Assembly (NCBI RefSeq): GCF_964355755.1
Contig: NC_092680.1
Coordinates: 12,781,045 to 12,845,044 of the forward strand
Length of the DNA: 64,000 bases
Origin: Antedon mediterranea
Lineage: Eukaryota; Animalia; Echinodermata
Reading direction: 5' to 3'
Shown: positions 36,542-51,500 of the stretch, one piece after another
How the letters are laid out: every line of letters starts with the position of its first letter
How positions within the stretch are numbered: position 1 is the first letter of the stretch
Made by a program: the position numbers and the translations under genes
The notes under the pieces: generated by a model
Databases searched by the model: none
Seen by the model: the letters and a program-made list of their open reading frames with translations, nothing else
Told to the model about the DNA's origin: nothing

Positions 36542-39500
36542 ATGGCCCAAACAAAACCTCCAACGGGCGGTAGTGAAGAAAAGAACCAGTCTCCTCATGA
36601 TAGTGGGGATGATAGTGAAGATGAAAGTAAGGTTTTAGAAGAAAGTCCGTGTGGAAGGTGGCAGAAGCTGCGAGTAGTGGTGAGTAATTGTTATTGTCTA
36701 ACCTGGCTCGGTTCGGGTGGTCACTCATTAGCCTTAGCTGTTTTTGGATAGGCCTACTACTACTAGGCCTAGCTCTAGGCCTAGGTTTGTGTAGGTGTCA
36801 CGACAAATATGGTCCGGGGCCAAAATCGGTCCGGCCGGACCAGTTTTGGCTCTAAAGTTGTGGGTGTGTCGAAAGCGAAGACCTCGAAAGCGAAGATCGA
36901 AGACCGAACGAAGACCTCGAAAGCGAAGACCCTACGAAATGGTAGTGTGCACAAAATCCGACCAAAATCATACAAAATCGTGATAACACCTTGAATTTAC
37001 AGATCCTGAAAAAATATTTCAATTTTAATCGTTATATTATAACAAATCATGACTTTATCTATGAACAAGTTCACGTGTTTTCGCCAATGGAGTTAATATG
37101 TGATATAGTTTTACGAACAAACACATCGCGCTATTTGCAAGGCGACGGATGCACAAGAAGAACCTCGCACATGAAATGTCACTTGTTCCGATAACAATTT
37201 AAAATCATAGCCAATTGTTTATAAGTATAGAAATAAACTACAGTAAGTAAATTGTAAGAAGTAAAGGATGGCGGTAGGCCTGGTATTTAGGTTTATTTTA
37301 GAGCCTATAGGCCTATAAAAAGTGTCCGTATCATAGATTTTACACTGCTTTTAAATGTTAGGTACAGAGATCTTTTTTGCATTTAAATATGTTGCTATGT
37401 GTTTTTTATCTATAATATTTGCCTATTGTTTATTATCTAAATGTATGAATAAATACAATAAGATATTCATTTTCCTGTATTGTATTTAAACTTTTACATT
37501 TTCCCATTGTAACTATTGCTATTTTACTTAATCGCCAGTTTCAAAATGTTTTCTAATGTATTCATAATAGACAAATAATAGGGCCTATATCAGTATCAGA
37601 ATATTTAGTGTGGTTGGAGAAGCGACAGATGATGTAAAGAAAAATTTAAATTTTTTTTGGTTAATGAAATATTTATTTTCCTTTTAAGGAAAATAAATAT
37701 TTCATGTTTCATTAACCAACGTATGAACCACTAAACAAAAAAAATTCTGCCGCAACGTATCATTGGCGCACGCAACAGAAAATCTATCTATCTATCTTCT
37801 ATCTATTTTGCATCCCCTCTTAAGATCGAGAATCATGATGAACATAATAAAGCAGAAACGGTGTTGAACACATCTGTTCCCACTTGTGATGACACGCAAC
37901 GTTATTTTCTTACGGCGCACTCGGGGGCGCACTTTGCGTCGATCTGAAAACCAATTTCAGCTCTTAAAATATTTCCCGGGCCAATGACAGTTCGTCCCAA
38001 CAGCTTACCGTGAACTAACGGAACTTTATTTTATATCTTTGTATTGTCAAAGTAAAAAATAATACTGTATTCAAATTATGATTTGACAAAAGGCTAATAC
38101 TGTAGAACGAACGATAGACATCACACTCTGACAATTTTTCTTGATCGTTAACCCGTTATAATAGTATAATTCTGTTAGATTTGTTTGTATTAGTGTCAAT
38201 TCTATATTTAAATGGTCAACAACCGGTAACCTGTTTCTTAATTAAAATTTTATGTTTTCTTTTGTTAATGGACACTCATGGCAGGGATGCAAACATTTAG
38301 AAGCGGGACGTCGACAATCTGTTGAAAATCGGGAGACTGTTGAATAGTCGTCTCAACCACAAGCTTGTGAGATAGAAGGTTGGGGGTTAGAGTGGTTAAG
38401 CCCGATAAACATTCACCATCACTTAATAAAGATTTATAGAGAGTATCTCTTTTTGTATTCACCACGGGCAATGCTTGAAAACAAAAGTCAGTTTTTTATT
38501 TGATGATGAGGAAAATTGTGGTTGGCGGAACTGGAACTTCATTAAACTAATCTTTTGACAGTGTCGGTAAACGTAATACCGATATGAATAAATACCCGTT
38601 TAAATATTGAAAAATAAATTAAACGTGAACATACTATCGTCACTAATCACATTGTAACAAAATCGGCGACTTGTAATTTTGGAGGGAATATTTTTTATTT
38701 CAATCTTTGTTTTGAATGGCTTTTATCTTTGTGAACGTTGACATAATGGCATAATTATTCGGAATTATGGAAGCCGTGAAACAGATGATATGTCGCAGGA
38801 AACGACCTATTTATAACCAAAATTTGCAGAACGCTGATGCCTATATCGTTCGTTCTTTTTACTTCTTGTCAAATCATAATTTGAATATATTCTGCCAAAT
38901 TTGACCCGGGAAATATTTTAAGAGCTGGAATTAGTTTCCAGATCGACGCAAAGTGCGCCTTAAGAACAAATGTGCGTGTCATCACAAGTGGGAACCGACG
39001 TGTTCAACACCGACTGCTTTACGTTCATCATGATTCTCGATCGTAAGAGGGGATGCAAAAATAGATGGAAGAGTATTTTCTTATGTTGCGCGCGCGTCAA
39101 TACGATACGTTGCGGTAGGATGTTTTCGTTTAGTAGTTCATACGTAATGAAATATTTATTTTACATTTTTCTTCTTTACATAGTACTATCGCTTCACCAA
39201 CCACACTAACCGATACTGATAATATTATTTGTCCATTAGGAATACATTAGAAAAACATTTTTAAACTGGCGAATAATTAAATCAGTAATACTGTAGTATT
39301 GGCTACAATGGGGAAAATGTACTGTACAAGTTTAAAATACTATACAGAATAACTCCAGAAAATAAATATCTTATTGTATTTATTCATACAAATAGGCAAA
39401 TATTATAGATAATAAACATACATCAACATAATAATATTTAAATGCAAAAAAAAGGATCTCTTAGTTGTATTAACGCGTGCGTATAACATTTTTAAAAATA

Positions 39501-42500
39501 AGTGTAAATCTATGATACGGACACTTTTTATAGGCCTATAGGCTCTAAAATTAGGCTAAATAAGCCTATCGCCATCCTTTACTTCTTACAATTTACTTTA
39601 ATTTATTTACTTTATTTTAGTTTATTTCTATACTTTTCTATACAGTTGGCTATGGTTTTAAATTGTAGGCGACGTGTGCTACAATACAAAGTTATCGGGA
39701 AAAGTGACATTTAATATTGCATTCAATTCGAGGTCCTTCTTGTGTGTCCGTCGCCTTGCAAATAGCGCGATGTGTTTGTTCGTAAAACTATATCACATAT
39801 TAACTCCATTGGCGAAAACACGTGAGCTTGTTCATAGATAAAGTCATGTTTTTTGATAACATAACAATCAAAATCGAAATATTTTTTTGGAATCTGTAAA
39901 TTCAAGGTGTTATCATCGATTTTGGTCGGATTTTGTGCACACTACCATTTCGTAGGGTCTTCGCTTTCGAGGTCTTCGATCTTCGCTTTCGAGGTCTTCG
40001 CTTTCGACACACCCCTAAAGTTGTGGCCAAAAGCAGTCCGCCACTGCCAAAATCGGTCCGGGTTTTTCTGCTGTCGATTTTAATTGAATTACTAGGCCTC
40101 CCTAGGCCTATGATGCTGTTTTAAGTTGTTTATGGCTAGAAAAATATCCCATGATATATATAAGTAAGTTATCTTGTCGGATAAATACTATAAATAAATG
40201 TATTTTATCTAAAAACATGACTTAGGTGTTCACTCATATTTCAGCCTGCCACACACTCACATGAACGGGTATGAGACGCTGATATTGCCAGCCAGATTTT
40301 ATTTTATGATTGAGGCCTTTTTCCTTCCTCAGCCTAATCAATATTGGATAATTGTTGTATAATGATTGTACTGAATTGATATTGATTGATTAACCATAAA
40401 TTAGTAATAAATTAAATTCAATTCAATTCAATTTATTTTCATAAGATACATCATTGTGGAATAATATTACAGTGTTTTTTTGGGTTTTTTTTGTAATTAG
40501 AATGCACTTATGCTGGAGAAACATAAATAAGCCTGGAGGGCTTTAAGGCTAGTTCCACCAGAAAAAAACAAATATATAATTAAAAAAGTATATAAATTGT
40601 TTTTAACATCATGGGGAAACGAAGATGTTAAAAAAACAAAAGAAAAAAATGGATTAAAAACAGGCAGAGAATTAATTGTACACAAAAAACCTAAAATTTA
40701 GTACTAATTATTGATGAGTTACTACTATAGTAATAGTAATAATGATGATAAAAAAAACAGGCTTAATTTATTTTATTAAAATAACAATAAAACCCCGTAA
40801 TTTTCAATATAATGACTAATCATGGCCTTTTTAAATGATATACATTATGACTCATTTTGCGCACCATATATTTGCAAGATCGGACCATATTTGGCGGCCA
40901 AAAACAGTCCTACTGCCCGGACCAGTTTTGGCGGCCAAAATTGGTCCGGCCGGACAGGTTTTGGCAGCCATAAATGGTCCCCCGGACTGATTTTGGCAGC
41001 CAAAACTGGTCCGCCGGACTGATTTTGGCCTGGACTGATTTTGGTGTGACATAACCAGTAAACATATGATATGATCTTCATAACAGTAGATAGGCATAGA
41101 TAGGCCTTAGTATATCAGTAACACCAATTGAGTGGTGGACATAGCATAATATAATTAATAAATAGGCCTATTTTTAACAGTATTATATTATATTAAACAA
41201 AAAAATTAGCCCTGCTGGGCTGGGTCCAAATTTATTTTTTGTACATATTAAGTTGGGGATCCCTTATGTTATGTGAAAGATAGCCGAACTAGGCCTATTT
41301 CCTAAACTAGGCCTAAACCTAAAGGTAGCCGATCACTCCGGCCGCGCTTCACTCCGGCCGCCGTATCAGTTTAGCGCGATGTTATGCACTCCGGCCGCTT
41401 TTCAATTCGACTTCCTGTGCAAAGGGGCCGTTAGTATGGAGCGCCCATATCTACGTTTTCTATACTGTTCAGTGTTATAACAAATTCTTGGTGCATTTAA
41501 ATGGAACTAGTGGAATATTTATTAGCAACAATTTTACTTTTTTCATTAACAATAACATTCAAAGAAGTTGGAACTGCTTTTTCTTTCAAACTAAACTTAA
41601 CTTAATTAAATTCAATAATAAAATAATAATCAAATACCTGTCTAATTAATGCTTGAATAACAATATTTAATTTCTTTCTATGATTGTACATTTATTTTTA
41701 TAGCTTTACATTTATTAACGTTAAAAATTAGTTAAAACCCTTATTTTTATAACACTTTATCTTGCCAGTACCCATACTTACTAATTATAGTTAATAACAA
41801 TATGTAAAATATTAATTCATTTATTTCAAATAATCAATTATTATTGATGTTTGTTATAGTTAATAACAATATTTACAATATTAATTAATTTATTTCAAAT
41901 AATCAAATATCATATATCTAATTAATGTTACCGTACCTGGAATTGTATCAAGAATTAATATATATATTAATATATCGTTTTTGTACAGTCCAATTTACAA
42001 TGATTTTATATTTTAATTTATATATGATAAAAATAATATGACATATATAGGGTACATTGCAATAAATTACATTAATTAATCACATTACAATTAATATACT
42101 AGCCTACTATTACATTGGATAAAACACATAAATTATTTTGTTTTAGCATTAGACCTAGGCCTAATTTAAAACACTTGCGATGTTGTTGTGATCCTGAAAG
42201 AGAAAAAATATACTGTATGATTACAAATGTTTATTTTGATTCTCTACAAAAAACGTGTCTCGGTTGTAAAAGACTCATTGGGCGCTCCATAGCTGCGGCC
42301 GGAATGAATCGCGGCCGGAGTGAATCGCGGCCGGATTGAGGCGCGGCCGGAGTGAAGCGCGGCCGGACTGATCTGTATTCAACCTAAACCCCTAAATAAT
42401 CACTATAAACGAAGTTGCTCTTGGGATTCGAACCCCATACATCGACATGTAAAGTCCAAGTCTAATCCACTTGACTACACAGATGGCCCGGCAGAAAGCG

Positions 42501-45500
42501 TTTGCATATATTAGCGAATTGTAGTTGGCTTAATTCACTCACAACAGCTCACAACGTATGGATATGACAAATAAATAATCATGTTTATTTTGTGACGTTT
42601 AATGAGGGGTCCCCCAACAGATTGAGTATAGCATCACACTAAATTGTTCCTGTACTCACTGTAAAATCAGTTACTTTAACAAACATTTCTCATAATTGAC
42701 AGTAAGTATATGAACTCACTGTAGTTATGACTCATAAGTTTGCAAGCATTTTACTCTAGGCACTTGCTTGTTGTAGACTGTAGTAATAGTATTTAATAGG
42801 TAATTAACAGATTGATTGGAAACAACAATTAATGATATTTTTGCTATCAACATGGTGAAATTGAATACTTAGTGCCAACCTTTCGTTTTCAAGACATGCC
42901 ATACAACTTTTTTAAGCATGAGCAGAATTCCTTTTTTTAAAATTCATATGCTTTATTCATCATCGATAAAATATAAAGAAAAATTTGAAAACCTTGATCG
43001 CTATGTGCGAACTGTAGTTTAGTGAAAAAAAAAAAGTATATATATACATATATTTCATTTCATTTCAAACAACATGGTTATTAACTGAACAATCATGTAT
43101 GGTATTTAGTACACTACAGTGTAATAGATTAACATAGGTTATTTATAACTTATCCACTGATCATTATTTTCTTGGATGTTCTCAGTAATGTCATAGTAAG
43201 TGAAGTGAAAAGATCAAACAACAAACAGAACTTTCCATAAAGTAACTCTAGTCTTATATGATTTGGTCATCTTGTTCTTGGATAAGACCATTACTAGTGT
43301 GTGTAAACACTTTTAAATCATATTTGGGAATAATGATATCAAAACTAGATTATCAAGGTCGCATTCCATAGCAACAGGTATTTCAATTGAGGTCAACATG
43401 TCAAACTCAAAAGCTATATGTTTATAGTAGTTCTGTACTTTATATTAATTTTTGAGGGACTACCATATACAAATAAGAGATCCATTAATTTTAAATACAA
43501 CTTCAAGTATTACTGTTACAACTTTAATAAATAACCTTAAAATTAATTTTTAATTAAAAAGTTTTTTTTTAATTGGTGACGTCTATTTTTTATGCTACTG
43601 TAGTAATACTAATTATTGCAATTAGATGTTTTTGCTCTACTCTGACGTAATTTGTACTTTATACTACTGTAAGTACATTGAGATTACTTGCGAAAAAATT
43701 CGCAAGTAGTTCTCGGGTGGGACTCGAACCCACGATCAGAGTAGGGCAAAAACATCTAATTACTCCACTCCCTGACGCAAAACTACAATTACAAAACTAT
43801 TATTGCAATTATATTTTTATTTTAAATGTTTATAGAAATTATATTCTAAATGTTTTTTTTATCTCCAATCATTGCAATAGGAGACCTACTAGGTAGTGAT
43901 TAAATTCACTTTTTAGGAATCCTGTCTCTGCCTGGTTGTGTGTGTTGTTTTTTCTTGTTCTTATTAGTCCACGTTTTGTAAATTGTATTTATTATTATGG
44001 ATAAATAAAATGTTATATTTAAACATTTTTTGAAAATTAGTGTTTGTAATATGGATGGTTCATGGTTTAGGTACATGTATTTTTTTGTAAGTAATATCAA
44101 TAATGAAATTTAACAGTTGTAAGCTGATAAAATTGTCTGATTCACTTTCTCATGAGACTATCCAATAAAAAAATTGTACAAAAAAAATGTTTGGAAAAGA
44201 ATATTAAATTAAATATAGATATGAGTTATTGAAATGTCTAGACTACACAAGTACAGTATTAAAATGCTATATGAACTATTGAAGTAACCATGAGATTTTG
44301 AGACGAATTGGTAACTAACCAATATTTATTTATACTAATATAATTTAATGTTTTCATTTATCAAAAAAAAAATGCGATCATAAAAGATAACAGATTGAAC
44401 AAGTCGAGACAGGGCACCCCAAATTTGATTAAAATGACCATCAAGTAGAGACCCTTAAACTGGGAAACAGTTTTAAAAATTGGTGGGCATTGTTTACATA
44501 TTGAAGCAAACGTTTGTTTTATTAATCTGTTTGGACAAATAAAAGTTTTCTGACATGTACATATAATATTCCCCTTTTGTTGAACATAAAGTTTTATATA
44601 AAATCTGTTGTTTTGAATGTTCATTTTCGCATTTCTTTTTAGGTCTGAATAATATTTGTGGTTGCAACATTAAAATGTATTTTTTGTTTTATGTTTTGAA
44701 AGGTAACGCAACGAGATGTGCCAGGCATTGATATTGCATACCTGGCAATGGACACAGAAGAGGGAAGGGAGGTTGTCTGGAATGAGGTGGAATTTTCTGA
44801 AAGAAAAAACTTCAAATCACAAGAGGTAAGTTTGTACTGTAAAGAAAAGTTTCCATATAAATATTAAAGAGTTTGATACTAATGAGTAATCAGTTGAGGT
44901 GAGGTTCCCACCTGGACCCACCGCAATTAACTTGACCAATCATGACGTGACAGATTGTTCCAACAATACATGTTGTACTGCAGTACATTTTTCTGCATGA
45001 TCAACATTTGCTGTGTTTAAATTCCCTGTATACATTCTTATCAGTTGGCTAGCCATTATTTATTTGCCTACATTTACCCAATATTTTGGCAAGTTTAAGT
45101 GCATTATAACTAGCATAACTGGACCACATTCAAACGTAGTTGTCTGTAAATTAATTCTAATATATCAGTTGGCTAGCCCTGTTCAATTTTCCCATTTCTA
45201 CCCAATTTTATGCCAAGTTAAATGTATGTTGTAATTTATAAATTGTAATTTATGGCAAAGCATGATAAACCACGATCAAATCCAATCCACAGTAAATCAA
45301 TCGTAATATCACGTTGTAGCTGACTTGCAAGGCATGGCTTATGATACTTTATTTCATCCTTCTTCAAAATCTTACTTAGATCAATTAAGTTTTCTCTCAA
45401 GCAATTCCAAGGCGATATTATAATCTGTGAGTCTTGGTCACATGATCTGATATCTATGCTGCACTGTGAGGCGTTCTGGTTTTGTGCACTAAGCATACAA

Positions 45501-48500
45501 TATCAAAATCTATTCCACGCTCAAATATTTCCTGAAAACTCGCCTATTAATTTCAATAGTTATTCTTTACATTGCGTTGTTGCTTTATATTTTTTGATAT
45601 ATTTATAATTTATACAACACAACAACCTAGCTGTTTATAATTTTTCCATGGTACTGGTAGCATAGTGTAGGCAAATTCTGTGATACAAATGTGTTATGGT
45701 CATGTAACACATGTGATGTCTCTAACATGGCAAAGCCTACTGATATACTGTACAGAATTTGCCTACAGTACTTAATCATACTGGAATATGGAGGTAGATA
45801 ATAACTACTTCATTGAACTCTGACCGATGTCGTCAGGAGTGCAATTTCTTAAAATGTCCGTTGAATTTCTTTATATTTAGGATTCACCCTTGTTTACATG
45901 ATAAGCCCATACAACACAAGGCTAGTCTGGTGACTTATTGCGTTTGGAAATCATCTTCCACTCATGAAATTATGTATACTATTGCATTCATTATTTCTAT
46001 AATATTTTGCTTTCCAGGACCAAATTAAGCAAGTGTTTGATAACTTGACTCAGTTGGAACACTCAAACATTGTCAAATTTTATAAATACTGGATTGATTT
46101 GAAGACGGACAAACCAAGAGTAAGTACTGTCATGTTCTATCAACTTGGTGAGGGTGTTAAAGTAGTATAGCATGTATACAACCTGTACAGTTACAGTAGT
46201 CATACAAATCAAATCGTGTGTAAATTATACATTCTTTAGATCAGAATATTATCATGATTGATCATACTGACTCTCAGCTACAGTATGACAACATTACAAC
46301 ATTACATATACCTGTTTTTAGATCATAACAATGTTTCAATTACCTATATTTTTATGAGACTTTATTTTTATTCTTGCAATTCAAGAAACAGCAAAACTCA
46401 AATCAAAACATATTAAAGAAAAACAAAAACATGATTCATAAAACACCTATTCACTACATTTTTAAATAAATGGAGAGGCATATACTGTAGGAGATACTGT
46501 GTAATTGAATGATAGATTGCATTGGCAATATAATGCTTAGTACTATTGCCAAGCTATATAGCATAAAGAGAATGATCTCTGTAGCTAGCACTCAGTTCAG
46601 TTGGGTTTGAGCCAAAACACTACTCAATATTGTATTGAATATGTAATGGAAAATATTTCACAGTTTAAATTTAAATAACTTTAAATAATACAGAATTATA
46701 ATTGTGTGTCCAGTTCTATCTAATGTACATGTATGCTAGTCTGTATTATGTTTATGCAATGAAATAAACTACAGTGCCTTTTAATTATGTATTATTTTGT
46801 TGCTGACGTAGATAACATTCTGAAATCTAAAAATAGCAATAATTATTGATTATGCATTAATTTCACAGCCTTTGGGTGACCTGGTCAAGGTCAATTTTGT
46901 TTGGTTTCAGCCAGTGGTTTCCACACCTAAAGAGCTGTTAATCTGCCATAACCAAATAAACAGACACATAGAGGTTGTGATATTAATATGGATTTCTCTG
47001 GGGCATAAATGTATTATTTTTGTCAACCTACAGTATGTTTAACCATGGAGTAAATGTAATAGTGTTTTAAAATGGGATATGCAAAGATTCCAAATAACAC
47101 TTGAGTATACAGAATTATTTACTTATTTCTACTAGTTGAAGCTATTTAAAAACTTGTTATGAAAGAGTTCCGGTGACTAATAATATATAACCATGTACAT
47201 GGGTTTATTTACACTTTAAATTAGATTTGAAAGGTTTCCATAAAAAAAAAAGTAGACTAGTTTTGTCAATCAAGTTTGTGACCTTTGCTCTAAATATCAT
47301 GAATGCCAGGTCGTTCCACCCACCTCCCTCCCCCCTTAAACAGTACAAATTCACACTTACTGTACTACTATTATTACCTAGCTGACTGCACTGAGTGTAA
47401 TGCTTTCCCAAAAAGTTATTTTTCAAAATTTGTTTTATTGGCATTGAACACTAATTGCATACATTTTCTAAATGCATATAAATTAGGTTCATGGAGGGAT
47501 GTCTGTATGGCTTGCAAGGAACTAAACAGTATACTAATACCCTAGTTCCTTCCTTCCTATACATCTGACCTATCCTTTCCTTTTTTTTTTCTGCAAGGCA
47601 ACTCTCATCCATAAAATCTTTAGTCATTGAATTCCTTTTTATTTCTGTCATGCAATTATGGAGTACTACTGTAAACTGTCCACCCAGGTGTATAAATGGG
47701 TACCCGGTTTAGATCAAGACACGATTTCCGCTGATTACTAGCTGCATTATAGGAGCAGTACAGTATGTTTCCATACGTGTTTAATAATAAAAGATGTGAA
47801 GCACTTATAAGTATTGTGCAAAAGCGCTATATAAATAAACGAATAATTTTATTATTATTAAACTAATATTGGGTTTCAATATATTTTGTGTTGAATACAT
47901 TTCAATGAAGAGCCTGTTGGTCACATGACTGCTAATACTTGTCTTTGATTGGTTATTCTTATAACATCTAGCTACAAATTGGTTGTTATGGTAATGTTTA
48001 ATCAAATCTAAACATAATTCTAAAACCAAAATTGACTTGTACTACTGTATGTAGAAATGAAAATAATATTTCCCATTTACATTGTATTGTATATGACTAA
48101 CCAGAAATGGTTGCTAACGCCCGTATTCTTAAACCGGACTTTAGTCGTAGTTCGAGCTAAAACTAAAAAAATGACGTCATTTTAATTCATAAACCAAACT
48201 TCAACTAAATCACCGACTAAATCAGGCCAACCTCGACTAAATCGAGACGGATTTTGATCGATTTTTTTAGTCCTGGAGGGGGCAGACTAAATGGTTTTTA
48301 AACGATGTTTATAAAAAACGTAACAGTCATTGAGTTGTTATATTGGCCAGATATTGAAGAATGAAATATCTATATTTATATTAGCTTAATTAAATATACA
48401 TTGGTATAAATTATAATAATGAAAACCATCTTTATTTACAACTGTATACAAATTACATTATTTTCTTCGCGCAAGTCCGACTTGAGCTCCGTCACGCCAT

Positions 48501-51500
48501 AGCGACAATGGGAGATGCGGCAATTCACCACGCGATGGAATGTTTAGGGGGCCTAGCGCTTTCTTGTCACGCTATGAAGTGCGTGGTTCGTGGCGATCAT
48601 ACTTTGTTGGGGGCCTAGAAAATATAAAAGTTACCGTACCGCCATGGTTCCTAAATATATTTTTAAGATTTTATTTGTTGTTAATCAAATATACTTCACT
48701 GTTAAATTAATACTGATATTGTTCTAATAATTAACGATTAAAATTGACTTGTACTACTGTATGTAGAAATGAAAATAATATTTCCCATTTACATTGTATT
48801 GTATAGACTAACCAGAAATGGTTGCTAAATAATTGCACAAAATAGTTTTTAGGAGTTACTGCAGTAACTGGACAGTAGAATAATGTTTAAATGGTTCCTA
48901 AAGCTCTGTCTACACTACCAACTTAGGTTGACAAAAAAGTAATGTATGATGTGCCCAAATATGGTAGTGATATGCCCAAATATTGTAGTGATATGCCCAA
49001 GTATGGTAATGATATGACATCATTTCCATATATCATCACATTTTTTGGTCACATAAAGTGAAGTAAGTAGACAGATCTTTCATACAGAAAGAATATTCTA
49101 AGATTTTAACATTAACAGAAGTTAAGGTGTGACTTTCAATTGCAAATATGAATGCTTTCATGTCATTTAAGTACATGCTGCACATGCTCAGTAACATTCT
49201 GTTCATTGCGAACATTTTTAATGTTATTAAATGATTATCATTTCATGTGCAGAACATTCACATTCTATACAATGAGGAGTCTCATTTGGTTTAATGTACT
49301 TAAGATATCCATAACATTTGGCCATATGAAAATGATCAATATAGTTTGCCTGTAGGTACAGTACGTTCCCCTAATGGAAAAATCAATTTGCTATCATACA
49401 ATTTAAAATAAAATTGAATGTCAAAATGTATCTATTCCATTGAACATATTTTTTATTATGTAATTCTTAATGGTGTTTTCATGAATTTAAACTACGATGA
49501 GAAATTAATGAACTTTGTACATGTATATTACACTCAGAATAGTATGACACACATCTTTGTTTTATGTTACTGTACATACACATTCATATAGAATATTCCA
49601 GTATCACATTTTATTTTTCTCTGTTTTTTTAGGATATATTTATTTTTGAGTACCGGTATCACTTCTTTAGGTTCTATCTACAGTATTTATTTTTGCATAC
49701 ATTTTTTTTGTGTGTTTTAGAATTACAGCATCATAGCCTGGCTATGAAATTTATAAAAATCTAGAGTATTTATTTGCCAGTACTGTATTGGTACTGTACC
49801 TTCTATCAGTATTATACTGCTTGTTGTATCTTCTTTTCTTGTTGGACATCCTCTACTGGTTGTTTACCAACTAGCTGCTGATCGTAAACAGTCTCAGACG
49901 AGACGGATACGTACCAAACCAACCATATCTTCTATTAAAAAGTTTACTTTATATATTACTGCATGTCATGTTTTTCCTTGTTTTTTTAGGTTATATTCAT
50001 TACTGAGTATATCACATCAGGGTCTCTTAAACAGTTTTTAAAGAAGAGCAAAAAGAATAGAAAGGTAATCCAGTCCAAGTCTTGGAAAAGATGGTGCACA
50101 CAAATATTATCAGCATTAAGGTAGGCATACTATAAATGAAAGAGATACTGAAAATATCTTTTATTTTGTTTTAAAGATTTTTAAGTCTGAGTGGATCAGT
50201 TTGAACCCAATTGTTGTTGAAGATTGTGGATTTATTAATTTTTGTAAGGGCGTGTGCCACAGAGGGCGTTGGACTTCTGATCAGGATCGGGATTTCAAGA
50301 CACTTGTCGCATTGCTTATGTCCTAAAACAAAGCACTTGGCCTCTCCACCTAGGTGTAAATGGGTACCTTCCTGGATTACTAGTTGCATAATTATGACAT
50401 CTTTCTATACATGTGTGATCCAACGACCGAGTAATAATGTGAAGCGCTTACAAGTATTAAGCGATATATAAGATCAATTTTCAGTTTCATAATTTAATTA
50501 AATTTTTCCTGTAAATAATTAGTTAAATTACAAAAAATAGATCTAGATCTACATTTTAGAACTTAGAGCACTAAGTACACACTTAAGATAAAACTATTTG
50601 GAATTATAATTAATTAGTTGTTATTATATTTCCATTGAAATTATTGGTTATCTATCAGTATCACACAATATGTTCACTAATAATGCATGATTTTAATTGT
50701 CAAAAAAATAATAACTTTAAAGGGGGGTTCCGGGTTTAAAATGAATAGTAAAAACTGTAAAATATATTTGTTTGTCTCTTGAACGGTAAAAGTTTCAATT
50801 TATATAAATGCCCAGTGAAGCAGAACGAAGGCTGTGAAATGAGGCCAAATTACAAGTGCAGCTATGGCGATATGACACTGTGTTACAGAATAGGAAATTT
50901 GTGAAATGGTCAATCTTCCGACGACTCGTTATCATTAACCATATCAATTACTTTTGTAAAATTATACTTATCTGATGTAATTTTAGTTGGTCTTCCCATT
51001 TATAAAGTCAATTTTCTATGAAAATTCATCAAAAAGTGAAAAATTAGATATGTTTGCACTTTACGTTTGCCGATTTTCGCACTGACTTAGGGAAAGCCTT
51101 CAAAATCAATGAAGCGTAACGTATACATTCTTGCTGAGCGAGGAGAGTGAGAAAACGATACACGTGCTCTCTCTGCCGGCCCATGCCTGGCATCGTCACG
51201 TGATAAGCAGATACAGTATACAATACCAAACTGGTCGGGTCGAGTATACGGGTCATTCCATCTCAGATCACCCAATGAGTTAAACCCTACCTCTTCCAAT
51301 TTTGATGAAATTTGGTATATGGGTGATTCATAGCAATTAAAGCCAAAATTTCAAATTTTAACTTTATCGGACCAACGGTTTTCGAGATATCGCAATTTCA
51401 ATTTTCGGTTTTTACGGAAAAAAGGGCGCGTCCGCCACGTTTCAAAGAGCTGTATCTCGGGAACTATAGGTTCGATTTTAAAAGCAAAGGTATTTTTGTA

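Noticed and set aside
36781-41097. ORFs with AAKTGP / SKAKT repeats and duplicated MNLQI..FSPMELICD ORFs
   Set aside because: They are translations of TIR subrepeats and inverted arms, not genes.
43700-43785. Reverse-strand B-box (GGGACTCGAACCC) suggesting a tRNA
   Set aside because: Only a fragment with no cloverleaf; probably repeat-derived, like the similar pieces at ~27575 and ~42423.
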